Below are positions 1 to 10,139 of a stretch of DNA of 64,000 nt, piece by piece (the first letter of the stretch is position 1; each line of letters starts with the position of its first letter). Source of the stretch: a virus (Duplodnaviria; Caudoviricetes); IMG/VR virus record IMGVR_UViG_3300044712_000786, positions 1 through 64,000 of that record; one strand, given 5' to 3'. Below the pieces are notes generated by a model. That model was not told the origin of the DNA, searched no databases, and saw only the letters and a program-made list of their open reading frames with translations. The position numbers were made by a program, and so were the translations under genes.

Positions 1-579
1 TTAAAAACGACTCTTAACGATAAGGGCAAGCCCATTATTAAAGAATCTCGCTATGAGACAATTAAGCGTCATTGCGAAAATTACGTTAAAATCTATAATC
101 AGAATAAGAAAGACGCTAAATTTGCTAATTGGTTCTATGAAAGATATCTATTGGGTTATAGCTATAATACGACCCTTAAAGAAGTGTTTTCCGACCAATT
201 CCCTCATATCGTAAGCATTAGGGACGTAGTAGAAGCCCCTGAGAATAAGAGAGTTTGCTTTGCGGGAGTTGTCGAGGAAACGGTTAATTCCGTATCCAAG
301 AACGAGAAAAAAACTAAATATTTCCGATTAAAGGTTGTGGACGAAACTGAGTCTATTAATACCCTTATATTCAACGATAAAATCGAGGACTGTAAATTAT
401 TAAATAAAGAATTACCCTCCGAAGATAATATTGTTTTAATTACTGGAACCCGTAAAAATGATGCCGTATTCGCGGATAAGATTGTAGTCCAAGATTATCG
501 GATATTCATGAAACTTAACCAGTTAAAATCTCAAGAAACTATTGACAAAAAAGTAAATAATGATGATAATAAGGTATGA
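1..579 (+). CDS. dnaE: DNA polymerase III alpha subunit (DnaE-type), C-terminal part; 5'-truncated by window edge
   Basis: Frame is open from base 1 (LKTTLNDKGK...WFYERYLLGYSY), matching the DnaE 'ExxxLGxY' segment. It is followed by an OB-fold pattern (RVCFAGVVEE...YFRLKVVDETESINTLIF). The ORF-track start at 151 is an internal TTG. Confidence 0.75.
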   Translation, partial: LKTTLNDKGKPIIKESRYETIKRHCENYVKIYNQNKKDAKFANWFYERYLLGYSYNTTLKEVFSDQFPHIVSIRDVVEAPENKRVCFAGVVEETVNSVSKNEKKTKYFRLKVVDETESINTLIFNDKIEDCKLLNKELPSEDNIVLITGTRKNDAVFADKIVVQDYRIFMKLNQLKSQETIDKKVNNDDNKV

Positions 580-1124
580 TTCAATTTTATAAACCTAATC
601 CTCGTGTTACTGGTTCGGCTTGCTCTTTTAGGGGCGACACGGTAGAAGGAAACGTATTTGTTAGTCTTTTGAAGCAGGCGTCTTGGGACGATAATGCAAA
701 AATTGGCTCCTTCAAAGCAAACAAAGATGATAAGAGTAAAGTCGCCAATATCAAGTTAAACTTTAATGAAGCGGCAGCTATCCTAGATTGCATTGAGCGA
801 AATAGGCCATTTAGCACGTATCATAAAACCGAAGCCCAAAAGGTAGGCATCAACTTTAAACCTTACATGAAGGAAGTGGAGGGGAAACAAACCCAAGTAG
901 GATTTAGTTTTTCTATGTCTAAAGAAGCTGGAGATACAAAAGAAAGTTTCCTGATTGGATTTACTTTTGCTGAAGCTCGCCATATTAGAGAATATCTGAT
1001 AGCCGTGATGCAGAACTATTATTCTAGACTGTTTATCTCAAACGAAAAGCGATTTAAGAAAACCGAGAAAGAGGAAGCCCCCGCCATTGAAGAAGCTCCC
1101 GTTGATGACACTTCTTTAGAATAA
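576..1124 (+). CDS. Putative ssDNA-binding protein, Whirly/PC4-like, with acidic tail
   Basis: IKLNFNEAAAIL...FSTYHK resembles the Whirly fold pattern. Acidic C-terminus EEAPAIEEAPVDDTSLE. Lies directly after dnaE. Confidence 0.5.
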   Translation: MIQFYKPNPRVTGSACSFRGDTVEGNVFVSLLKQASWDDNAKIGSFKANKDDKSKVANIKLNFNEAAAILDCIERNRPFSTYHKTEAQKVGINFKPYMKEVEGKQTQVGFSFSMSKEAGDTKESFLIGFTFAEARHIREYLIAVMQNYYSRLFISNEKRFKKTEKEEAPAIEEAPVDDTSLE

Positions 1125-1125
1125 T

Positions 1126-3072
1126 ATGAGGAAAAAGAAGGTCGTTTTTCATACAGATTACTCTAAGGCCAAAACTGGTTTTGGCCGTGCCATTAAAGCT
1201 CTTCTTAAAAAGCTTTATAAAACTGGCAAATATGAGATAGTTCATTATTGTATGAACTTGCCATATTCGGCTCCAGAGCTATCTGTTACGCCATGGAAGT
1301 CAGTTGGTTGTCTACCCAACGACCAAAACGAGACTAACAATTATTTGTCTCAATTACCTCCCGAGCAGCGAGACCCGCATTTTAGGCAAATGTGCTATGG
1401 CTCTTATTACTTGGACAGAATTATTGCCGAAGAAAAACCTGACGTTTATTTTGGGATACAAGATATCTGGGGAGTGGATTATGCGATTGGTAGGAAGTGG
1501 TTTGGTGATATTACTTCGGTAATATGGACTACTCTTGACTCTCTGCCTATTCTCCCTAATGCGGTAGAAAAAGCTCCATTAATTAAAAATTATTGGATTT
1601 GGAGCGATTTCGCTACCAAGGCTCTACACGAGCTTGGTCATAAGCATGTCAAAACGGTTCATGGGGCTATCGAGACTGAACATTTCTTTAGGATGTCCGA
1701 AGAAGACAGGGCTAAATTACGAGCGTTTCATGGGATTCCTCAGGATTTATTTATTGTCGGTTTCGTCTTTAGAAATCAGCTTAGAAAATCCGTTCCTAAC
1801 CTTCTTGAGGGTTTTAAGAAATTCCAAGAACAAAATCTATCTGCTAAAGCTAAGTTATTGCTACATACACATTTCGGTGAGGGATGGAACATCCATAAAT
1901 TGGCTGACGAATATAAGGTCAATAAAGATGATATCCTAACTACTTACGTTTGCAAGAACTGTAAAAATTACGAAGTAAAACCCTTTACTGGTCACGATAT
2001 CGCCTGTAAGCATTGTGGCTCTCCAAATTCTCAGGTAACTACTTGTATCTTTGATGGAGTTACCGAGGAACAATTGAATCATGTTTACAACCTGATGGAT
2101 GTTTATTGTCACCCATTTACCAGCGGTGGACAGGAAATTCCCATTGAAGAAGCTAAGCTTGCTGGGCTTATTACATTAGTTACTAACTATAGTTGTGGAG
2201 AAGAGCTTTGCTCGCCAGAGGCTAAATCCCTGCCCCTAGAGTGGACTGAATATAGAGAGCATGGCACAGAATTTAGGAAAGCTTCTACTTTGCCAGCTTC
2301 TATTGCTAAGCAATTAGCGGTAGTTTACAGAACGGGCAAACAGGAAAGAATTAAATGGGGACTAGCGGCGAGAGAGTGGACCCTTAAGAATTACTCCGCT
2401 GAAGCTATCGGAAAGATAGTAGAAGAGCTTATTGATACTGCTCCGTTCATTGAAGACCAAACCGTATTTGATGTTACTAAAGCGGAAGATGCCCCAGTCC
2501 CATTTGTCGAAGATAACTTGGCATGGATTAAGTCTCTTTATCGCATCATCTTAAAGATGGATGTTTTGGATTCTGATGATGGGGTTAAGCATTGGATGAA
2601 TCGTCTATCTCAGGGCGAACAAAGACAGAATATTGAAAGCTATTTCCGAAGTGTTGCTAAGAATGATAATCTTAAGGCTAAGGGTTTCGACCTGAATACT
2701 TGGTTAGACCCCAAGGATGGGAAGCGCGTCTTATTAGTTATGCCCGAAAGCATTGGCGACGTATTCATGATTACTAGCTTGCTTCCTTCTATCAAAAGAG
2801 TATACCCCGAGCACAGCCTTTATGTAGCTACTAAACAGGAGTATTTTAGTATCTTCGATTGTAATGAGCATGTCAAGGCAGTTATTCCATATATCCCGCA
2901 AATGGACTCTCTTCTTTGGTTAGAGGGACAATGGACGAATAAGGGCTTCTTCGATATCGCCTTTTTGCCTTTCGCTGGGACACAAAGATTCCTCGATTAT
3001 ATGCACAATGGCAAAGATAAAATCGAATTCGATATGAATACTCGTATGATGAAGTGGGACAGTGGAAAGTAA
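1126..3072 (+). CDS. Multidomain glycosyltransferase: GT-B (GT4-like) + Zn ribbon + DUF4214-like helical domain + GT9-like N-terminal half
   Basis: GT4 motifs TGFGR, FRNQLRKSVPNLL and DVYCHPFTSGGQEIPIEEAKLAG. CKNC/CKHC at 1951-2016. SLYRIILK...DGVKHW at about 2524-2646. VLLVMPESIGDV at about 2722. Confidence 0.8.
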   Translation: MRKKKVVFHTDYSKAKTGFGRAIKALLKKLYKTGKYEIVHYCMNLPYSAPELSVTPWKSVGCLPNDQNETNNYLSQLPPEQRDPHFRQMCYGSYYLDRIIAEEKPDVYFGIQDIWGVDYAIGRKWFGDITSVIWTTLDSLPILPNAVEKAPLIKNYWIWSDFATKALHELGHKHVKTVHGAIETEHFFRMSEEDRAKLRAFHGIPQDLFIVGFVFRNQLRKSVPNLLEGFKKFQEQNLSAKAKLLLHTHFGEGWNIHKLADEYKVNKDDILTTYVCKNCKNYEVKPFTGHDIACKHCGSPNSQVTTCIFDGVTEEQLNHVYNLMDVYCHPFTSGGQEIPIEEAKLAGLITLVTNYSCGEELCSPEAKSLPLEWTEYREHGTEFRKASTLPASIAKQLAVVYRTGKQERIKWGLAAREWTLKNYSAEAIGKIVEELIDTAPFIEDQTVFDVTKAEDAPVPFVEDNLAWIKSLYRIILKMDVLDSDDGVKHWMNRLSQGEQRQNIESYFRSVAKNDNLKAKGFDLNTWLDPKDGKRVLLVMPESIGDVFMITSLLPSIKRVYPEHSLYVATKQEYFSIFDCNEHVKAVIPYIPQMDSLLWLEGQWTNKGFFDIAFLPFAGTQRFLDYMHNGKDKIEFDMNTRMMKWDSGK

Positions 3073-3086
3073 TTAACTGAAAAATT

Positions 3087-4253
3087 ATGCATTTATTGGA
3101 ACGTTATGCCCTAGCTTGTGGCGTCAAGATAGATAAGCCATTTATCTACGAGAAGTATTTTCCCTTACTAGTGGATAAATATATCACTATCCATACTACT
3201 AGCAAGGACTCCAAAACATATTCTTATTGGCAAGAAGTAGTAGACATCTTAATCCCTATTCTGTCCAAGCATCAAATATCGATAGTCCAAGTTGGGGGAA
3301 AATCAGATAGGCCCCTAAATTTTGTCTATACTACCTTAGGACAAACGAACATTAATCAGGTTGCCTATATTGTTAATAATGGAATACTTCACCTAGGGAT
3401 AGATAGTTTTCCCGCTCACCTAGCTGGTTACTATGATAAACCTATTGTTGCATTATACTCGAATAATTTTGTCGAGTGCGTTAAACCGTATTGGGGCAAT
3501 CCAGAAAAGCAAATCCTGATGGAGCCCGAACATGGAGATTTGAAGCCCTCTTTTTCTTATAACGAAAATCCCAAAACGATTAATCGAATTAAGCCTGAGT
3601 CTATCGCTTGTTCAGTTTGCAAGCTACTCGATATTCCATTCACTTACGAATATGAGACGGTTTATATTGGCCCATTATTTGAAAATCGTATCTTGGAAAC
3701 CCTTCCAAATCAGGTAGTTAATCCCGCCCAGTTCAATGCTCAGAACATGGTAGTTAGAATGGACATGGAATTTAACGAGCAGAATCTAGCTAATCAAATT
3801 GCGGTAAGTAAGTGCATCATCATTACTAACAAGCCCATACATCCAGAGCTATTGTCTAAATTCAAACAAAATATCCAAGAAATTCATTATGAGCTAACGC
3901 CAGAACACAACATCAAATTCGTGGAGTATGCCCGTAATCTAGGAATAAAGGTAGACCTTTTTACTTATTTCAGTAATGAAAAATTGGAAGCTCTAAAAAT
4001 GGACTATTTTGATTTCGGGATGATTCACCCTCAGAATAAAGATGTCCCCGAAGAAATAACCAAGCTAGGAGATATTCCATTGTTTTATAAGTCGAGCAAG
4101 TTTACTTTAAGCTCTGGCAAAATCTTCGTTAGTCACGCTGGAATGCGTAATGGGCAATTAGTAAATAATCTATCTGACCATTTATTACCCGTTGTTAATA
4201 CGGAAGAATTTTGGAAAGAGAAACATCACTTTAGAATAGTTAAATATAAATAA
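3087..4253 (+). CDS. GT9 (heptosyltransferase-like) C-terminal half plus unknown C-terminal domain
   Basis: YITIHTTSKDSKTYSYW, IVQVGG and HLGIDSFPAHLA are typical GT9 C-domain motifs. Confidence 0.7.
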   Translation: MHLLERYALACGVKIDKPFIYEKYFPLLVDKYITIHTTSKDSKTYSYWQEVVDILIPILSKHQISIVQVGGKSDRPLNFVYTTLGQTNINQVAYIVNNGILHLGIDSFPAHLAGYYDKPIVALYSNNFVECVKPYWGNPEKQILMEPEHGDLKPSFSYNENPKTINRIKPESIACSVCKLLDIPFTYEYETVYIGPLFENRILETLPNQVVNPAQFNAQNMVVRMDMEFNEQNLANQIAVSKCIIITNKPIHPELLSKFKQNIQEIHYELTPEHNIKFVEYARNLGIKVDLFTYFSNEKLEALKMDYFDFGMIHPQNKDVPEEITKLGDIPLFYKSSKFTLSSGKIFVSHAGMRNGQLVNNLSDHLLPVVNTEEFWKEKHHFRIVKYK

Positions 4254-4255
4254 TT

Positions 4256-4951
4256 ATGTATCAAGACCCCCCATTCAAACTGTATAGAAACGACCTTGGG
4301 CTTATTAAAGACGGCTCAGTCACATATGTTTATAACGAAGATGGAACTATTAATTGGAGGAAGATGGTAAAGCCCCAATATCTTGTTCCCAATAAACAAC
4401 TTACAGATGAAACCGACATCACGAAACTTGATGATTCGAAGATTCTGATTACCCTAGCTGGTATTAGGGATTTGGCTAAAATCAGGGGCTATACTCGCGT
4501 AAGACATCATCCTACCGTAGGTGATAGCTATTTTGCTGACATGTGTACTATTTCGTGGTTGCCTAACTACGAGACTAGCGGTAACGAAATAGAATTCTCT
4601 GCGCTAGCTGATTCTTCGCCCGATAATACAAGAGGATTTTCTATGAATTATCTCGCAGCGATTGCCGAAAATCGCGCTTTTATTAGATGCGTGAGAAATT
4701 TTTTAAATATTAATATTGTTGGCGAAGAAGAAGTAGGAGCAGCCGCTCCCGCTCCCTCTACTGGGACAGACCTTCCTACCCCCATCAATATTCTTAAATC
4801 CCTAATGGACAAAAAGGGAATCGACTTTAATACCATCAAGGGAAAGCTTGTAGAAGAAAAATTTGAGAAAGCTTCTAGCCTTAAGAGTCTTGAAGACCTT
4901 AGTCAGGTAAAGATTTTCGAGCTAATAGAGCGGCTTAAAAAAGCTTCTTAG
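4256..4951 (+). CDS. Rad52/Sak-like single-strand annealing protein
   Basis: AIAENRAFIRCVRNFLNINIVGEEE resembles the Rad52-family helix motif. A Pro/Ala linker precedes a small C-terminal domain. Replication-gene context. Confidence 0.6.
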   Translation: MYQDPPFKLYRNDLGLIKDGSVTYVYNEDGTINWRKMVKPQYLVPNKQLTDETDITKLDDSKILITLAGIRDLAKIRGYTRVRHHPTVGDSYFADMCTISWLPNYETSGNEIEFSALADSSPDNTRGFSMNYLAAIAENRAFIRCVRNFLNINIVGEEEVGAAAPAPSTGTDLPTPINILKSLMDKKGIDFNTIKGKLVEEKFEKASSLKSLEDLSQVKIFELIERLKKAS

Positions 4952-7900
4952 CAGGCATAGACACAAGTCATTACAAATTTGTTGGTTCCGTTCGAGGGGT
5001 TGTTTCTAATATAAATAGATTCAACCCCTGTTATCATTCCAGTCATAAAACCCCCGTAATAGTAGTTAACTAGGAATTGATTATAATCTCCCATCCATGA
5101 ATTATCACTAATATGTAGGTTAATTCCCGTAACGCCTTGTAGGGCTCTAGTGCCATTAGGAATTAGCTTCAGGCCAGTGAAAGTTCCCCTGTTTGGGCGA
5201 AGCTCTATATCACAAACAAAAGCTGTATCGGTTCCTTCAGAAAACGTATACAACCCGTTATGACCTTCTAGAACTTCCGCTTTGTGATAAGTGTCTTGAG
5301 CTAGAATATAGACGTTAGAAATCTTTTGAGGCTCATAGAATTTGAATTCCCAGAAACCCGAAGCTACCCCAGCAGAATAACCGCTTAGAGTAACATAAGG
5401 CGTGGTAGATACCTTATCCAGCGTAAGTATTTGTTTTGGTTGTCCACCGATATTAACTACGTAATTCTTACCAAAAATTTTATTCCAATTAGACAAGTTT
5501 TCAGCTAAGCAGTTCTCTTTAGCGTGGGGGCGATAAGTATTTATATGATAAACATCTTGATTGGCCTCAGCAGTTAAAGTAGCCGCTATAGTGAGAATTT
5601 CATTAGAATTCCATATGTTAAAGTCATAAACATACTCTCCATAATTAAACATCCTAGTTTGATGGTCTAATGCCCCAGTAAACACATAACCTAACTGAGT
5701 GCGGATTTTATTATTAATATGACGTAGCTCGATAGGAATGAGGGTATGATTTAGAGTTACCCCATTACGTACCCCCAGATAATAAGTGTCAAATCCATAG
5801 TCAACAGTGTGGGTCATATCTGGCGTCCAAATTTGATTAAGGGCCATCTTTTTATGGAATGGGAATACCTCACGCCAAGTTAAAGGGCCATTAGGGGTAT
5901 TCTGCGTAGAGTAGTCCTCGCTCCAAAAAGTTCCACTTTCACTATCCATATCAGTAAATAATCCATAAATATACCAAGGATTATTATCTGAATCCATACC
6001 GCCCGACATAGAATGTCGAGAAAGGACTCCCCCAGTTATAGCTAAGCCAGTCATAACAATATCCAGTCTTGACCCAGCTATATCCATCGGAAGCGAAATT
6101 CGACCCGTAGGAATTACATAGCCAAACATATTAACTTCTGCATTCAATGCGGAAGCTGGATAATCGTAGTTTTCGTAACCAGCTTTATGAGATTGCCACT
6201 GACCCGTTAGATAAATCCTGTCAATTAAATCAAGGTTTTTACCCTTGAGGGTTAGAATATCCGCTCCTACATCCTCTAAGTATGTATAGAAGTATAGCGG
6301 GTTTTCAATTAGTATATCGTCAATAACAGTATTAAAGCTAATATCGATACTTACGTCATGGGGATTAGGAAACTCATTACCATTATAATCCAAGATTCTA
6401 ACCTTACCGTCAAAATCGCTTTCACTCTGTCCTAGGGTAACATTAGCGGTATAACCACTGAACCACATCGGCTGAGTCCAATTTTCATTCCCAAAGGTAT
6501 TAACTCTCTCGGCGGTAATTAGTTGATTGCCCATCCTCATTAAGAAATTTACTTTATTATTAGATTTTAAGCTAGAGTTGAGGATATAGTAATCTAGGTT
6601 ATAGGCTAGTCCTGAAAAGACTTCGTTCTCTAGGAACGTGGGATTAAATTGCATCGAAGCATTATACAGTCCACCAGAAACAAATGCGATGGGCCTTAAA
6701 GACGGAGTTTGGATATCTAAATGAGATAAGCCGCCATATGAGAAATCAATTTTTAGCGGTCCTTCGGTTCCGCTAGCTGGCATAACCACATTTATACCAG
6801 AAGAAGTCATGGATAATACTGAACCAGTATTATACTTGTTGTTTACATAATTGAAAAACTTAACGTTGGGAGAACACCAGAAGTTTGACCCTTTGATTTC
6901 GATTACGGAACCGGGAATTCCCGTTTTGGGAACAATATCTTCTATTTTAGCGTATGGAGCAAAATTTCTAGATGAAACCCCAGTTGCACTATAAGTATCT
7001 GATATTACATACAGCGGTGCCCCAGTGAACGAAGTCGAGTAATTGGGAGCCGTAAAAGTTAAATTATGCTCATCTATTACAGAAAATTGCGTGTCATAAC
7101 TCCCTAATTTAACGGAAGTTATCCCTAGGAAGTCCGAGCCATATACAGCGACTTGCTCACCCCTATCTATAATTCGGATACTAGAATCATCTATAGTAAT
7201 ACCGAAAGGCAATATAGTAAAATTCTGAGAAGAAGAAATAACGCTCTGTGATGGAGACCAAACTTCAGCGGATATAGGCCCCGTAAAACTATTAAAGGGA
7301 ACGGTAAATCGATAGAATTCTTCGTTCTTTTGCATTGGCGTTACCCAATCTCCCCCATTGCCAACCTTGGTCATCGTCACGGTATTAAGGTTATTACCAT
7401 AAACCGTTACGGATGTCCCATGTTTTCCTGAAGTTGGTATAAATGAATCAATACTAGGAGAAAACCTAGAAGCGAGTCTCATTAAGTCTAAGACTTCTGC
7501 ATGAGTAATAATATCATAGGAATTTTCTAATACCCCATCGGAACCGACGCTCAGAGACTTAGAAGCTAATAGTCCAGATATCAAGAAAATTTCTTCCAAA
7601 GAGCTATCAACTGGTCGATAAGCATTAATTCTCATGCCTATAAAATTTCCAGAACTAGAAAAATTCATATGTTCTGAATTGGTAAGTATGGAAGAAGTTA
7701 CTTGGCGCTGGCCAAAGAAAATCCTATCTGGGGAAATTTCACCAGTATAATTTGATTTCTGTTTGTAATCTGCTAATACGTCCGCTTGATATTTTAAAGA
7801 AAAGTCTTTTATTTCGTCTATTGTTTCGGTGGTTCCCGCCATGTCCTCTAGAGTAATAGAGTTAGCGTGAAGAGCTTCTTCAATATTTATAGACGAATTA

Positions 7901-8277
7901 TTAGAATAATTGGGAATGATAGAGCCCTTAATCGGTTCAAAAAACTTGATTACCCCGTCTATCCTAATGGAAGAATTAGCTTTGCACGAAACAGAATAAT
8001 CGCTTAGTAATCCACTATTGAAATAAAGTCCTCCAACATAACCGCTTATTTTAGCCGACTCTTCCCTTATGATATAATCCAATAGAAAGTCCGTTCCAGT
8101 GATAACATAGCTAAGAGATAAATTTCCTTGAATACCATCTGTATAGTTAAAATGGTTATTCATGGTCTGACCAACTACGTAATTGGGAACTAAGGAATTA
8201 CTTAATCCAATTTGAGCGTTTTGAACTTTAATCTCGCTACCATTCAGATAGACGTTTATGTTATCAAAAGAGTACAT
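4948..8277 (-). CDS. Tail structural protein: tail-tube-like N-terminus, three IPT/TIG Ig-like domains, unknown C-terminus
   Basis: N-terminus is paralogous to 8277..9191. Three TIG signatures: PSIDSFIPTSGKHGTSVTVYGNNL, DRGEQVAVYGSDF, IEDIVPKTGIPGSVIEIKGSNF. Confidence 0.6.
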   Translation of the reverse strand: MYSFDNINVYLNGSEIKVQNAQIGLSNSLVPNYVVGQTMNNHFNYTDGIQGNLSLSYVITGTDFLLDYIIREESAKISGYVGGLYFNSGLLSDYSVSCKANSSIRIDGVIKFFEPIKGSIIPNYSNNSSINIEEALHANSITLEDMAGTTETIDEIKDFSLKYQADVLADYKQKSNYTGEISPDRIFFGQRQVTSSILTNSEHMNFSSSGNFIGMRINAYRPVDSSLEEIFLISGLLASKSLSVGSDGVLENSYDIITHAEVLDLMRLASRFSPSIDSFIPTSGKHGTSVTVYGNNLNTVTMTKVGNGGDWVTPMQKNEEFYRFTVPFNSFTGPISAEVWSPSQSVISSSQNFTILPFGITIDDSSIRIIDRGEQVAVYGSDFLGITSVKLGSYDTQFSVIDEHNLTFTAPNYSTSFTGAPLYVISDTYSATGVSSRNFAPYAKIEDIVPKTGIPGSVIEIKGSNFWCSPNVKFFNYVNNKYNTGSVLSMTSSGINVVMPASGTEGPLKIDFSYGGLSHLDIQTPSLRPIAFVSGGLYNASMQFNPTFLENEVFSGLAYNLDYYILNSSLKSNNKVNFLMRMGNQLITAERVNTFGNENWTQPMWFSGYTANVTLGQSESDFDGKVRILDYNGNEFPNPHDVSIDISFNTVIDDILIENPLYFYTYLEDVGADILTLKGKNLDLIDRIYLTGQWQSHKAGYENYDYPASALNAEVNMFGYVIPTGRISLPMDIAGSRLDIVMTGLAITGGVLSRHSMSGGMDSDNNPWYIYGLFTDMDSESGTFWSEDYSTQNTPNGPLTWREVFPFHKKMALNQIWTPDMTHTVDYGFDTYYLGVRNGVTLNHTLIPIELRHINNKIRTQLGYVFTGALDHQTRMFNYGEYVYDFNIWNSNEILTIAATLTAEANQDVYHINTYRPHAKENCLAENLSNWNKIFGKNYVVNIGGQPKQILTLDKVSTTPYVTLSGYSAGVASGFWEFKFYEPQKISNVYILAQDTYHKAEVLEGHNGLYTFSEGTDTAFVCDIELRPNRGTFTGLKLIPNGTRALQGVTGINLHISDNSWMGDYNQFLVNYYYGGFMTGMITGVESIYIRNNPSNGTNKFVMTCVYAC

Positions 8278-9191
8278 TAATAAAACCTAACTATATTGGT
8301 AGAGACCTTCAAGACGCTTGAGCTTTGACTGTCTATACTATTTGATTTAACTAAACCATTCTTAATAGAGATAAATGGAACATTTTGACTTTTTACCGTG
8401 TTGTCAATAATAGCTTCGGAATATGGATACAACATTACTCCTAAGTCTACAATGGAATTTTTGCCGATATTCATGGATTTATTTAGATTACGGCTATTAT
8501 AAGTATTTGATGTAACGAAACTTATGGGGTCTTGTTTGGTCATTTCTAAATTTTTTAGATACTCATGGCTTATTTCTATGCTCTCTTGGGCTTCCAAAAG
8601 CTTTACGTATTTTGGATACCTCATTCCTACATATGTCATTGGAGCCCAATTAGTAGAAAACGAATATGAAAGATTATTTAAATTAATGCTTTCTTCCCAT
8701 ACTTGATTTGTTCTCGATAAATTATCATATTTAGAGATAACAGCAGAAGAGAAATAATGAGCTAGCCCCTCTGCATTATCTTCATTATAGGTAATAGAGC
8801 CATTAGATTCTACTAAAGTCCCAGAAGTAGGGGCAAAGCAAATAAATTCAGCCGAAGCTTTAACGATGTCATTTGTTGCAACGTTGATATTATAGGTTTT
8901 GAGATATCCTTGTCCTGTTATACCGCCGATAATTATAGGGATAGCTGGAAAAGTAATAGCATTAAATTGTTTGATTTGATTGACTAAGCTATAAATAGGT
9001 TCATTGTTTGGCTCTAGGAAATATGAAATACGTATATCAGATTGAAAAGCCCCCTCAAAGGAATTCGTATAAGCCCCCCTTTGCCCTAGTATTCCGATTT
9101 TTTCAATAGGATTACTACTTGAGATAGAGGCTGAGTCAGCCATTATCCCAGTTCCGTTAACCGTTACGTCACATTTTTCAAAAGAAATCAT
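8277..9191 (-). CDS. Tail-tube-fold paralogue (distal tail/tube initiator-like)
   Basis: GQGYLKTYNINV...VKASAEF aligns with GNGYLSSYSVDA...PRASVRF of the major tail protein. Confidence 0.5.
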   Translation of the reverse strand: MISFEKCDVTVNGTGIMADSASISSSNPIEKIGILGQRGAYTNSFEGAFQSDIRISYFLEPNNEPIYSLVNQIKQFNAITFPAIPIIIGGITGQGYLKTYNINVATNDIVKASAEFICFAPTSGTLVESNGSITYNEDNAEGLAHYFSSAVISKYDNLSRTNQVWEESINLNNLSYSFSTNWAPMTYVGMRYPKYVKLLEAQESIEISHEYLKNLEMTKQDPISFVTSNTYNSRNLNKSMNIGKNSIVDLGVMLYPYSEAIIDNTVKSQNVPFISIKNGLVKSNSIDSQSSSVLKVSTNIVRFY

Positions 9192-9210
9192 TCCTTATAC
9201 CTAACAAAAA

Positions 9211-9216
9211 TTACAC
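9211..9216 (-). promoter_or_regulatory. GTGTAA putative late promoter
   Basis: 20 nt upstream of the ATG at 9191; its TAA is also the stop of the upstream gene. Confidence 0.6.
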
Positions 9217-10086
9217 TTGGCTCTTAAACTGAAGGCTTACGATTACATTATTTTGCGTAGACCCGATTTGTTCTTGAGATATTAACTGCATATCCTGATA
9301 GCTAAACGAAGCTATAGAAGAAAAATCCCGATAATCAGACAGCGAAATATTGATATCCTTAACTAGATTATTCTCAACGACTTGCGACAAATTTTTGAAT
9401 TGATAATCCCCTAATTCTAATCGAAAGCCTATGGTTATTTCCGCTGGGGGCATTACGTCTACCCTATATGGTATAACCTTTCCCATAGAATATTGCGGGG
9501 TAACATTGGCGGTATAACTAAGGTCTATGCCAAGCACCCGATTAGTTGTAAATTCACTTAAGCTTACGCTGACCGAATTACGAGCGGGTATTTTTAAATT
9601 GTAATTGGGGTCAGAAGTGGGGATAACCGAGTTACTATTTAGTATGTTGGCGTCATCTGTAGTTACCCATCCTATGTTAGAAAACGTAACGAAGGAAGCG
9701 GTAGAAGTTGGAATTTCCCCATCGTTATACCTAAAAGAATAATTCGTTAAATAACCATTCCCAATCATCATTCCCAATAAGCTATTACTAGGGGTTCTCG
9801 AACTTAAGCAGTATCCAGTTATGGGGGCGCTTCCCGTATAATTAAACAATTGCTCCGAATTAACAAGCAGCCTGTCTACGTCCATCGTCCCTACTAGCTG
9901 TCCACGAACTAAAGATGGGTTTTTTGTCATCCCAAGGTAAACGGGGGACGAAAATGGAGAGTTAGAGGAAAATCTAACCGATTGCACGCCGACTATTTCA
10001 GAATTATTCAAGAATAATCTTTGGTTTTCTTTGGCTACCCGATAATTAGCGAATGAATTTTTGAAAAGTATTTCGTTTAGCGCCAT
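9211..10086 (-). CDS. Tail-tube-fold paralogue (distal tail/tube initiator-like)
   Basis: GNGYLTNYSFRYNDGEIPTSTASF aligns with the major tail protein 42997..44121. Confidence 0.55.
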   Translation of the reverse strand: MALNEILFKNSFANYRVAKENQRLFLNNSEIVGVQSVRFSSNSPFSSPVYLGMTKNPSLVRGQLVGTMDVDRLLVNSEQLFNYTGSAPITGYCLSSRTPSNSLLGMMIGNGYLTNYSFRYNDGEIPTSTASFVTFSNIGWVTTDDANILNSNSVIPTSDPNYNLKIPARNSVSVSLSEFTTNRVLGIDLSYTANVTPQYSMGKVIPYRVDVMPPAEITIGFRLELGDYQFKNLSQVVENNLVKDINISLSDYRDFSSIASFSYQDMQLISQEQIGSTQNNVIVSLQFKSQV

Positions 10087-10098
10087 AATCTATTATAA

Positions 10099-10119
10099 TT
10101 ACACCGCTTTCAAGTGTAA
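10099..10119. promoter_or_regulatory. Divergent pair of GTGTAA putative late promoters
   Basis: TTACAC at 10099-10104 faces the gene at 10086; GTGTAA at 10114-10119 faces the gene at 10140. Confidence 0.7.
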
Positions 10120-10139
10120 ATTATTAAAAGGCAAAAGGT

